Source of the DNA: Candidatus Enterousia sp.
GTDB taxonomy: Bacteria > Pseudomonadota > Alphaproteobacteria > Rs-D84
Length of the DNA: 64,000 bases
Reading direction: 5' to 3'
Assembly (NCBI GenBank): GCA_045648925.1
Contig: JAZROY010000001.1
Coordinates: 8,841-72,840 of the forward strand
Shown here: positions 19,050 through 27,189 of the stretch, one piece after another
Numbering within the stretch: the first letter of the stretch is position 1
How the letters are laid out: each line of letters starts with the position of its first letter
Translations under genes and position numbers: made by a program
Notes under the pieces: model-generated
What the model saw: the letters and a program-made list of their open reading frames with translations, nothing else
The model's database searches: none
What the model was told of the DNA's origin: nothing

Positions 19050-21521
19050 TTAATTCCCAGATGATTTATGTTGTGGCACACCGTATCTTACAATATCTAT
19101 TTCTGATGGTTGTTGTGAATAATTATCTGCACATGTTATGGTGGCGGTGTTGGAATCAGAAACTATGTTCATTGTCGGGCAAATTTGTCCAAAACTGGAA
19201 ATGATAGATTGCTGACACCAATGTTGAGCAGAATCAATCGAACGCGGTTGTTGACACATTTCATCTGTATCAGAATTATCATCTGAACATAATATATCTA
19301 TTGAACATATTGGGTCGTCATCGCCAGATAATGCCGGTAAAAGTGGTCTGCATGTTGCGATTGTGCCGTTTTTACTTCTGTATCCGCCGTTTTCCCAACA
19401 AGAGCAAACACCCCAAGATTGTGTGTCTACGGTTATGCCATAATTTAATGGGCAGATATTTTCTTCGGGGATAAAATGATACCAATACACCAAAGAATCT
19501 GGTGAATTATGAACAGGGTTTATATAAAATATGCTGTCTGGGTTATCGGAATCAATCTTGCAGAAATTATTGGGATTATAGCCAGATTGTTCGGCATATT
19601 TATATTCAACAAAATACCCGCCAAGACCAGCGCAATGATTTGCCAATGTATCCATGATTTTATAATAAATTTCTGTGGCGATGCCTGTTGGTCGTGGTGT
19701 TCTTTGTGCGACATCATAGTCGGCAAAGGTATCAAATCCACCAAATACCTCGGCAATAATATTTTCACATCCAGGGGTATTTGCAACCTGTTGCGCGCAA
19801 GGTGAAATTATGTTTTGGTTTTCATCATAAAGTGTGAACCAATTCATCGCAGTTCCACGTGAAAACAGACCACTTTGCGTATAATAGAAATTACCGTATC
19901 CTGTGCCACCAAAATTGTCAAAACATTGCTTTGCAATTGTGCGACATGCGTTTATTGTGTCTGTTCTGTCTTTGTTTTCAATATAAACGTTGATTATGTC
20001 ATTATTAAACATACCATTACAGGACGAGATATAATCTGAACACATCTCAGATGTCAAAGAAATAGTAGCTGGTTTTAATAACAAAGTGGAATCGCCAGTT
20101 AAATTTGCCATCGCATTTGCAATAGATATTGTTTGTTTGTCATAGCAACCTGCAACCAAATCAAGACAACTTTGTTTAATTGTTTTTACCTTGTCTTGTT
20201 GTGCGTAATATATATCCAAAAGCGCCTTGTCCAGATATTGTTGCCACACAAAATCCGCATTTTCCACGCATTTGTCCAGTGAACTTTCCGCGAATTTTTT
20301 AGTTTTGTTTTCAAAAAATTGAACGAATTGGCGATTTTTTGCGATGGTTGATAATTTTTGGTCTTTTAATTCTTTGTCCGTGTTAAATGTTAACAATTCA
20401 CCCAGTTTATAAAAATCAGAAACCCCTGTTAATGGCGCGCCAGTTGTTACATCTATGAATTGACCATAATCAAGACATTTATGGTAATCAGAACCACAAA
20501 CTTCATCGCTTTGTATCGCAGATTCAACATTTGCAAGGCATGTCGCAATATCGTCAGAGTTATGTTTTTGACGATTTTCAACACGTGCTAAATCAAGCAT
20601 AGCACTGCTTTGATATGTTGCCGCTTTAAGATTTTTTTGCTGTTTTTGTAGTGCCGCTTCGACAGTGTTACAATCTTGTTCTATGGTCATCAGATATGCA
20701 TTGATTGCGCGTTGTAGGGACGCTTTGTTACAATCTTCCTGGACAATGTTTTTACATTTTGGATAAACCGCCTTGTATAAAGTGGTGCCGTTATAAGAAG
20801 CGATAATTTGCGAAGAATCATCAAGACCAAAAGCATAAGACATATCAGGCGAAATAATAATGCTGTTTAAATCTTGGTATTTACCGCTGACATATGCATC
20901 TTCGCCCTTGATAGAATTCATAATTGCCTGTAATAATTGTCTTGATGCAGATTTATCTTTGCTAAGTGCATCTTCGCCCTCAGATGCGGTTTTCATGGCG
21001 GTTGCTTGTTCTTTGGTTAATCCAACGACATCCAAGTTTTCAGAAAATTCAGACAATTGGTCGTTGGCACTTTGATAGGTTTCTGTAATATCTTGAAAAT
21101 CAAAAACCCGGTCACTGCATGAACATCTGCGATAAACATCGCTTTTTAGATAACAAAACTGATCCATACATGTAAAGAAAGCCGTTTTGCATTTTTCGTA
21201 TTCAGTACCTGTGCGTGTTTCGATAACAGAATTCGTGGTTGTTGTTGCACGCGCAGAAACATTGCGTGTTGTTGTCGCAGAGCGCGCTGTCGTGTTTCTT
21301 GTTGCTGTTTTTGATGAAGAATTCGTTGGCATTAAAATTGATACAGGCTTAGTCGAACGCGCAGATACAGTAGTCTTTAATGGGGTTCTGGACGTGATAG
21401 TGCGGGTCGCGCGCGCAGTTGAAGTTTTTGTCCGAGATACAGCGTTTTCGCCACGTGTGGCACCTTCTGCGCAGGTTAAGCAGAAAAGACAAGCATAAAC
21501 AAAAGTAAAAAATTTCTTCAT
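19050..21521 (-). CDS. large cysteine-rich secreted protein with an N-terminal Thr/Ser/Arg-rich low-complexity (mucin-like) tract, unknown family
   Basis: The start was set at MKKFFTFVYACLFCLTCAEG, a signal peptide with a GAGAG RBS upstream. The product is about 823 aa with more than 50 Cys. The N-terminal tract is a degenerate TRT/ATT repeat that is also visible at the DNA level. I recognise no known domain. Confidence 0.6.
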   Translation of the reverse strand: MKKFFTFVYACLFCLTCAEGATRGENAVSRTKTSTARATRTITSRTPLKTTVSARSTKPVSILMPTNSSSKTATRNTTARSATTTRNVSARATTTTNSVIETRTGTEYEKCKTAFFTCMDQFCYLKSDVYRRCSCSDRVFDFQDITETYQSANDQLSEFSENLDVVGLTKEQATAMKTASEGEDALSKDKSASRQLLQAIMNSIKGEDAYVSGKYQDLNSIIISPDMSYAFGLDDSSQIIASYNGTTLYKAVYPKCKNIVQEDCNKASLQRAINAYLMTIEQDCNTVEAALQKQQKNLKAATYQSSAMLDLARVENRQKHNSDDIATCLANVESAIQSDEVCGSDYHKCLDYGQFIDVTTGAPLTGVSDFYKLGELLTFNTDKELKDQKLSTIAKNRQFVQFFENKTKKFAESSLDKCVENADFVWQQYLDKALLDIYYAQQDKVKTIKQSCLDLVAGCYDKQTISIANAMANLTGDSTLLLKPATISLTSEMCSDYISSCNGMFNNDIINVYIENKDRTDTINACRTIAKQCFDNFGGTGYGNFYYTQSGLFSRGTAMNWFTLYDENQNIISPCAQQVANTPGCENIIAEVFGGFDTFADYDVAQRTPRPTGIATEIYYKIMDTLANHCAGLGGYFVEYKYAEQSGYNPNNFCKIDSDNPDSIFYINPVHNSPDSLVYWYHFIPEENICPLNYGITVDTQSWGVCSCWENGGYRSKNGTIATCRPLLPALSGDDDPICSIDILCSDDNSDTDEMCQQPRSIDSAQHWCQQSIISSFGQICPTMNIVSDSNTATITCADNYSQQPSEIDIVRYGVPQHKSSGN

Positions 21522-21659
21522 CTCTCGTTCAATTCTAGCAAAAATATAAAACGCAGAGCAAGCAAAATTACAAAGGTTTACCACAAAATATAGAATTTTT
21601 TTTGTATTTTTCTTGTTGCAAAATCGGACAATATAGTTTATTATGCTTCGTGCTTTAAC

Positions 21660-21746
21660 GGGCATATGGCGGAATTGGTAGACGCGCTAGTTTCAGGTAC
21701 TAGTGGTAGCGATACCTTGGAAGTTCGAGTCTTCTTATGCCCACCA
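21660..21746 (+). tRNA. tRNA-Leu (anticodon CAG)
   Basis: The acceptor stem is gggcata/tatgccc, followed by A and CCA. It has a long variable arm, and the anticodon stem ctagt/actag carries loop ttCAGgt. Confidence 0.85.
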
Positions 21747-21767
21747 TATGTTTGAAAAAGAGTTTTT

Positions 21768-21843
21768 GGGGTTGTAGCTCAGTTGGTAGAGCGCTGCGTT
21801 CGCAATGCAGAGGTCGTGAGTTCGAATCTCATCAGCTCCACCA
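21768..21843 (+). tRNA. tRNA-Ala (anticodon CGC)
   Basis: The cloverleaf is canonical with a G3:U70 wobble, the Ala identity element. The anticodon loop is ttCGCaa and CCA is encoded. Confidence 0.8.
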
Positions 21844-21864
21844 CCCTTCGCGTCTGCGATGCTT

Positions 21865-21904
21865 CGGGTGGCAGGCCCCCTGGGTCCGCAGGGCAAAGAC
21901 GGAC
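21865..21904 (+). repeat. GC-rich 40-nt hairpin-containing spacer element, copy 1 (cgggtggcaggccccctgggtccgcagggcaaagacggac)
   Basis: It is nearly identical to 22022-22061 and contains the hairpin ccctg-ggtccg-caggg. It lies between tRNA-Ala and tRNA-Leu. Confidence 0.6.
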
Positions 21905-21918
21905 AAAAAACAAGTCCT

Positions 21919-22005
21919 GGGGATATGGCGGAATGGTAGACGCTGAGGACTTAAAATCCTTTGATCATTGCGATCGTGTGGGTTCAAGTCCCACTATCCC
22001 CACCA
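21919..22005 (+). tRNA. tRNA-Leu (anticodon TAA)
   Basis: The acceptor stem is ggggata/tatcccc, followed by A and CCA. It has a long variable arm and the anticodon loop ctTAAaa. Confidence 0.85.
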
Positions 22006-22021
22006 TCCTTCGTTAAAGCTA

Positions 22022-22061
22022 CGGGTGGCAAGCCACCTGGGGCCGCAGGGCAAAGACGGAC
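22022..22061 (+). repeat. GC-rich 40-nt hairpin-containing spacer element, copy 2
   Basis: The sequence cgggtggcaagccacctggggccgcagggcaaagacggac lies between tRNA-Leu(TAA) and tRNA-Val. Confidence 0.6.
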
Positions 22062-22107
22062 GAGAAGGAGTGTTTTTCCGCAAATGCGGATTTTTTGTTA
22101 AAGTTTT

Positions 22108-22184
22108 GGATGTGTGGCTCAGTTGGTTAGAGCACTACGTTCACATCGTAGGGGTCGGCGGTTCGAGTCCGCCCACATCCACCA
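22108..22184 (+). tRNA. tRNA-Val (anticodon CAC)
   Basis: The acceptor stem is ggatgtg/cacatcc, followed by A and CCA. The anticodon stem ctacg/cgtag carries loop ttCACat, and the T-loop is ggttcgagtcc. Confidence 0.85.
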
Positions 22185-22237
22185 AAAATAAAAAGGGCTT
22201 TCGGCCCTATTTTTATTTTTGTCGGGCTAGACGAGAA
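22166..22237 (+). repeat. direct repeat copy A: the last 19 nt of tRNA-Val plus the terminator plus gtcgggctagacgagaa
   Basis: It is duplicated 173 bp downstream (22339-22409) with 2 differences. The pair resembles attL/attR-like scars at a tRNA 3' end. Confidence 0.7.
22188..22222 (+). terminator. rho-independent terminator of the tRNA operon (agggctttcggccct followed by a T-run)
   Basis: A hairpin plus tttttattttt lies immediately after the tRNA-Val CCA. Confidence 0.7.
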
Positions 22238-22338
22238 CCGCAAATGGTGGTTCGACTACAAGCGAAAGCCAGACGGGAGTATGGCGGTCGGCTATGCCGA
22301 TGAGCGCAGTGAGGTCGAGTTTGAAAAAAAACGAGACC

Positions 22339-22409
22339 AGTCCGCCCACATCCACCAAAAATAAAAAGGGCTTTCGCCCTATTTTTATTTTTGTCGGGCG
22401 AGACGAGAA
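22339..22409 (+). repeat. direct repeat copy B: partial tRNA-Val 3' end (agtccgcccacatccacca) plus a terminator copy
   Basis: It is 71 nt, matching 22166-22237 with a 1-nt deletion and a T-to-G change. It lacks the 5' three-quarters of the tRNA. Confidence 0.7.
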
Positions 22410-22436
22410 AACTCTGTTTGCAATTATGCATATGTT

Positions 22437-23018
22437 ATGATACAATCTGCGAGAAAAAGTGCGGAGATTTTAGATATGACAAAAAAATTTGAACAGAAAA
22501 TATTTTTAACTGATAAAGAAGTAGTGACAAAAGAATATACTATAAGTGAATTAAAAGAATTGCTTGCCCCCACAGTTATGATTAATTTGTATTACGCGAC
22601 ACAGAATCCAAAATATTGGATGTGGCAAAGAACAGACAAGAAGTTAACCGGAGAAAAATGGCGCAAATGTCAAACGGAGGAACTATACAAAGGATATGAA
22701 GCAAGTAATTTTGGTCGTATACGGAAAAATGGAAAAATATTGCCCCAATATGAAAAATGTTATGAAGGTAAAACAGCACAAGATATAAAAAAAGTCATAG
22801 AAGATAATCCTGGGATTAAAAATATAGGATATTTGCAGGTAAACAGTCATGATGTACATAGATTAGTTGCTGATGCGTGGTTGGTAAAAACTGGTGAAGG
22901 TTACGATGTCCATCATATATCAAATGACGGATATGATAACTGTCCATATAATTTAATATACTTACCAAAAGAAGCGCATAGAAAATCTTACGAAGGCAGT
23001 GTACACAATGGGAAATAG
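22437..23018 (+). CDS. free-standing HNH homing-endonuclease-like protein with a NUMOD4-like N-terminal motif
   Basis: It contains W-R-K-C...YEASNFGRIRKNG, resembling the NUMOD4 'YEVSNxGRVRS' motif. The HNH core reads GYDVHHISNDGYDNCPYNLIYLPKEAH. A possible alternative start lies at 22476. Confidence 0.65.
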   Translation: MIQSARKSAEILDMTKKFEQKIFLTDKEVVTKEYTISELKELLAPTVMINLYYATQNPKYWMWQRTDKKLTGEKWRKCQTEELYKGYEASNFGRIRKNGKILPQYEKCYEGKTAQDIKKVIEDNPGIKNIGYLQVNSHDVHRLVADAWLVKTGEGYDVHHISNDGYDNCPYNLIYLPKEAHRKSYEGSVHNGK

Positions 23019-23101
23019 CAAGAGGTCTTGTCTTTTTATTACCGTTATCCTGGACCACGTAGAAAATTGATATAATTTTACATTTTTTAATGTGATAATT
23101 T

Positions 23102-23419
23102 TTACCTTAACCCCTTTTTCTTGCAACAGGCACTTGCGGCAGATTTCCAATCTGCATATGTTCCGGATGTGTCGCGCAAATCACGCCATGGTTGCCATGA
23201 ATCGCATTTTGTTTTTTTATCTTTGCCTGTGCATTTTACATATCGGCGAAGCGAACATGTTTCATCAGAAAGTTTACCTGTATCGGTAGTACATTTGACA
23301 ATTACATTTTGATTTTTGGCATCGTCTTTACCAAATTCCTTGGTCGTTATAACCTTGTACGAGAACGCGTTGCCAACAATCGCAAATGTGGATATTAAAA
23401 CAAATAATATTTTTTTCAT
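23102..23419 (-). CDS. small secreted cysteine-containing protein (105 aa), unknown
   Basis: It has a Sec signal peptide (MKKILFVLISTFAIVGNAFS) and a Lys-rich mature part with 8 Cys. It is the last gene of a co-directional cluster. Confidence 0.5.
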   Translation of the reverse strand: MKKILFVLISTFAIVGNAFSYKVITTKEFGKDDAKNQNVIVKCTTDTGKLSDETCSLRRYVKCTGKDKKTKCDSWQPWRDLRDTSGTYADWKSAASACCKKKGLR

Positions 23420-23479
23420 GTATAATCCTTTCCATTTACAAAAGTATTATAAATATTTTATAAAACAAATACAACAAAA

Positions 23480-25399
23480 TTAGTTCGCAGATGTCCAAGG
23501 TATATCGTTCATAAACAAATAAAACAATTCCCCCTTGGTTTCATCAGGATTAGTTTCATCAAGCCGAATTATTGGACGAACAACATAAATATCTACATTG
23601 CAATTTTGTCCGTGTTCGTCTTGATATTCGTTTAAAATATAATTAAATTTTTCTGCAAAATCCATTGCTTGTAAATAAGCGGCATCATCATCAGCGGCAT
23701 CTGTAGAATTACCTTCCCACATAAGCCACATACCATAATTAACTTCGTTTTCTTGACCGTTCAGGTCATCGGCAGATAACAAACAAAGTGGTTTAAATTC
23801 GATTCCGTTAGAATATTGTTGTGATGTATTGGATGTTCTGTCGTATAAATCACCAAGAAAAACCACGGCACCATAAAGTCCGCCAAGGTCGCGTTCGAAT
23901 CGTGCAAAACGCGCCCCATGTTTTAATGTAGAATCAATTAACCAATCGCCTATTTTGGCAGAACGCGAAGACATTCCGGCGCGCGCAACATTTGCTGCTT
24001 TGGTCATCGTTTTTGCACCACCCTGTGCGGCTTTTAATGTTTTGCCAGCTGTACCGATTTTTTTAAGGTTTCTTGTGACAATGTTTCCCGTTTGCGGTCG
24101 TTTAAAAGCGCGCAGATTTCGGCGATATTTCATCACATCAGAAAAAGATTCGGCGGTTTTTTTATACTGTTTGACAGAATCGTTCCCTTTTTCAAGTTCT
24201 TTGATTTCGTCTTCTAGTTTTTTTGTTTCTTGTCCCAAAGTTTTTTGCAAATCTTTTATTTTATCAGGATTTTTCAATGCCTCTTCTGTCACAGTTGGGT
24301 CAATTTTTTTTGCTGCATCCAATGTTTTATTTATTTCTTTTTCATATTTTGTTGTGTCTTTCCCTGTCTTTCTGGCTTTTTCCAGTTTTTTTACATTTTT
24401 TTCATATTTACCGAGTTTGGCAATATCGTCAGTTTTGGTTGTGATTTGTCGGGCAATTTGGATGTAATTTTGAACATCATCTAGTTTTGTTAATGCTTTT
24501 AATGAATTTTTTAAATTTTTTGCGGTTCTTGTTGCTCTTGCACCTTTTAATCCAATCATGGCGGCTTCGCCAGTGCCGACTGTGACAATAGTCAATGCAA
24601 CTTCTGCGGCAATTTCTGCATACATAATCCATTCCAAATTTACATCGCCAGCAACATAATAATCGTTGGTGTCTTTTTCTAAATCTACCAGTTCACGAAC
24701 AACCTGGTTTATAGTATAATGGTCGTTTGCCAGTGCAGATTTACTGGTACAGAATGCCCCACGCGGATAAATGTCATCAATGTTATCATTTATCCATTTC
24801 ATTGAAAGTGTATTGTTTTTATCTTGACCAACAAAGTTTGATAATGAATTATGTTCAACAACCATAATCGCATACCAAGCGGGGTCAGTGTTTATATACT
24901 TTGCCGGGTCATTTGTATCCATCAATCGTGGATTCGGATCGCCGTTTGGTAAACTTGGTTTGCCCGCCAATAATAATTTTTGATCCAACACTTTTAATTG
25001 TGTTGTATAATTTATAGTAATTTCCCGACCGTTTGGAAATTGAAAATAAATCGGTGTAAAAGTTACGGTTTGTAACCTGTCTGTAATTTTTTTAAGTTCT
25101 GGACAATCAAGCGCCTCTTGTAAAACATCTTTGTCAAACATAACAGTTTGCGCCCATGCGCGAACCTCAATCTCTGGGGTTTCGTCTTCGTCTATGTCGT
25201 CCATTTCATCGTAAAGCGCTTCTGTAAAAACCTGTGTAGCACAAGGTGTCAGATTTTCAGATTCTGGATGCGCCATCGCCAAAATTTCTTCGGCAGTAAG
25301 CATAATATCCGTATCTTGCGCAAACAAAGGCATCGTGAACAAAAACGCGAAAAACAAAAATATTTTTTTCACGATGTATTCCTTTGTTGAATTAATCAT
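23480..25399 (-). CDS. secreted protein with a central Lys/Glu-rich coiled-coil region (639 aa), unknown family
   Basis: It has a signal peptide (KKIFLFFAFLFTMPLFAQD) and a long charged, predicted helical segment. Its start overlaps the upstream gene's stop by 8 nt. Confidence 0.6.
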   Translation of the reverse strand: MINSTKEYIVKKIFLFFAFLFTMPLFAQDTDIMLTAEEILAMAHPESENLTPCATQVFTEALYDEMDDIDEDETPEIEVRAWAQTVMFDKDVLQEALDCPELKKITDRLQTVTFTPIYFQFPNGREITINYTTQLKVLDQKLLLAGKPSLPNGDPNPRLMDTNDPAKYINTDPAWYAIMVVEHNSLSNFVGQDKNNTLSMKWINDNIDDIYPRGAFCTSKSALANDHYTINQVVRELVDLEKDTNDYYVAGDVNLEWIMYAEIAAEVALTIVTVGTGEAAMIGLKGARATRTAKNLKNSLKALTKLDDVQNYIQIARQITTKTDDIAKLGKYEKNVKKLEKARKTGKDTTKYEKEINKTLDAAKKIDPTVTEEALKNPDKIKDLQKTLGQETKKLEDEIKELEKGNDSVKQYKKTAESFSDVMKYRRNLRAFKRPQTGNIVTRNLKKIGTAGKTLKAAQGGAKTMTKAANVARAGMSSRSAKIGDWLIDSTLKHGARFARFERDLGGLYGAVVFLGDLYDRTSNTSQQYSNGIEFKPLCLLSADDLNGQENEVNYGMWLMWEGNSTDAADDDAAYLQAMDFAEKFNYILNEYQDEHGQNCNVDIYVVRPIIRLDETNPDETKGELFYLFMNDIPWTSAN

Positions 25400-26636
25400 C
25401 TAGGACAATCGTTCCGTAATCAGCAGAAAAACCGTTAGAATCAATATGTCCTATTTCCATGATATAATCCCGACCATGCCAATCACATTTTCCCTTGTCT
25501 GCGACTTCATTTTGAATTTTTTCTTTTATTGTTTCGTATTCTTCAATTGTCATCTGTAATGGTGTTCCGCCAGTAGTTGATTTTACCAATAAACCTTCTT
25601 GGTTTTTATCTGCACAATATTTTGAGCCATCTCTGAATTTTGAAAACACTTTGGTATTAAGGTCATCGTCTAGTGGGTTTGTACCACATATTGCGTAGCA
25701 TCCACGACCAGAGTTTCCGGTTTTTCCAGTGCGATTTGAAGACGATGCGCGTTTGTGTATGCGCGCGTAGAGCATGTTTGGGTCACTGTCTTCTGGATTT
25801 TGTTGTTCTTGATCTTTGTTAACTTCACCTGGGGTCGTTTCATTTTGTTTTAAAGTTTGTTGTGTGCTTTTTTTGCATCCTTTGCTGTTTGGATGTTCTT
25901 CGCACCATTCTGATTCGCTTTTGACTTCCAATGTTTTATATGCGATCGCATCTTTGTACGGTTCAAGACCGGCGCGGTCGTTTTCCATACGCTCTGAAAA
26001 AGACAAATCGGCGTAGGTCGCCGGAAAATCTGTCTTGGTTAAATGTTCACTGCCCACACCGTTTTGCGATTGTAATCGTTGTAATTCGTCGCTTCGCTCT
26101 TTCTGCTCGATCTGCCATTTTGTGGGTTGTTGTTTATACGGATTTTCAAATTGTATTCCGCCCGAATCATCAATGTTTGTATTTGGGGTCGTTGCGCCTG
26201 GAAAAGCAACCGCCCGATTCGGTAAAGAATTGCCGTATTGTTTTTGATATGTTTCAAAAATGCCGTCAATGTATCCAGAACAAGCAGACACATAATTCGC
26301 CCCCGGCAGATTAGAAAGTTGAACCATTATCGTCGGCCGTATGTCCGAAATATCTGTGTTTTTACAATTGTCGCGCGCCATACATTGAACAGATACCAAT
26401 GATTGAACAACCCGGATACAATCGTCAGCGTTAAGGTCCGCGCCGGTCGCATACACAGGTTGTGGTAATCGCTGATTATACGGTGCGGTTGGTGACCAAA
26501 ATGGATTGGATGAATAATGTTGAACATTTTGAATTTGGCCGTAATCAGAAAACAGCGACACCGCCGCCGGCGCAGAAAACGCACAAAAACCGCAGATAAA
26601 AACGAACAACAAAGATTTAAAAAAGTCCTTTATCAT
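25392..26636 (-). CDS. secreted protein (414 aa), unknown family
   Basis: It has a signal peptide (LLFVFICGFCAFSAPAAVS). It lies 18 nt downstream of the prepilin peptidase gene on the same strand. Confidence 0.55.
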   Translation of the reverse strand: MIKDFFKSLLFVFICGFCAFSAPAAVSLFSDYGQIQNVQHYSSNPFWSPTAPYNQRLPQPVYATGADLNADDCIRVVQSLVSVQCMARDNCKNTDISDIRPTIMVQLSNLPGANYVSACSGYIDGIFETYQKQYGNSLPNRAVAFPGATTPNTNIDDSGGIQFENPYKQQPTKWQIEQKERSDELQRLQSQNGVGSEHLTKTDFPATYADLSFSERMENDRAGLEPYKDAIAYKTLEVKSESEWCEEHPNSKGCKKSTQQTLKQNETTPGEVNKDQEQQNPEDSDPNMLYARIHKRASSSNRTGKTGNSGRGCYAICGTNPLDDDLNTKVFSKFRDGSKYCADKNQEGLLVKSTTGGTPLQMTIEEYETIKEKIQNEVADKGKCDWHGRDYIMEIGHIDSNGFSADYGTIVLDD

Positions 26637-26654
26637 CCTTTCCTTATTCCATTA

Positions 26655-27116
26655 TTATATCAAAAATTGGATTGCAATCAAAGCCAAAAATCCACCAATT
26701 AAAAAGAACGGTGCAAAAGGAATATATTTTTCCCGTTTTTTCCAATTCCAAATATATACCAATACACATGTGATAATCATGGCAATAGATAGACCCTGGG
26801 TCCCAAGCCAGATTCCACCTGCCCCCAGTAATTTGATGTCCCCCATGCCGATTGGTGGGTATTCTGCGTTTTTCTTAAGGCGGTCAAATATAAACCCAAC
26901 GATAAGTCCCAGACAGTATCCCATTGCGCCACCGATAACCGAATCAGCGCTTGTCACCGGCCATGGGAAAAATGTCGTAGTCAGCAATCCTGCAAAAAGA
27001 AATGGAAACAAATAGACATCTGGTATGATGTGTCGCCGGAAATCTGCGGTTGCCATGCGCCAAGCGCAAAATAATGCGCCAATTAAAACCAATGAAAAAA
27101 ATATATAATAAATCAT
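26655..27116 (-). CDS. A24-family prepilin peptidase (CpaA/TadV-like, Flp pilus type)
   Basis: Both catalytic Asp motifs are present: ADFRRHIIPD and GMGDIKLLGAGG (GxGDxKL). It is polytopic and about 154 aa from MIYYIFF; the ORF is open to 27155. Confidence 0.75.
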   Translation of the reverse strand: MIYYIFFSLVLIGALFCAWRMATADFRRHIIPDVYLFPFLFAGLLTTTFFPWPVTSADSVIGGAMGYCLGLIVGFIFDRLKKNAEYPPIGMGDIKLLGAGGIWLGTQGLSIAMIITCVLVYIWNWKKREKYIPFAPFFLIGGFLALIAIQFLI

Positions 27117-27189
27117 GTTTTCTCTCTTGCCTTTCGATTCGTTTTTATGATACAATTATATCAGATATAAAAACAAGGGATTTTTTATT

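Noticed and set aside
21187-21498. 103-aa plus-strand ORF (valine-rich) opposite the N-terminal repeat tract of the 19050-21521 gene
   Set aside because: It is the antisense of the Thr/Ala/Arg-rich repeat (ACN/GCN antisense gives NGT/NGC). It is a composition artefact.
21737-22303. Three plus-strand ORFs (69, 77 and 111 aa) spanning the tRNA cluster
   Set aside because: They overlap four clearly folded tRNA genes and GC-rich spacers. The ORFs exist only because of GC-rich, stop-poor sequence.
22238-22338. Possibility that the GC-rich 100-bp segment is a tmRNA or tRNA fragment (it contains 'ggttcgac')
   Set aside because: It shows only a very short resemblance to the tmRNA 5' region. It has no acceptor or T-arm structure and no tag-peptide reading frame.
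23955-24484. Plus-strand ORFs (170, 73 and 84 aa) inside the 639-aa secreted-protein gene
   Set aside because: They are antisense to the Lys/Glu-rich coiled-coil region and have Phe/Leu-rich composition with no independent support.
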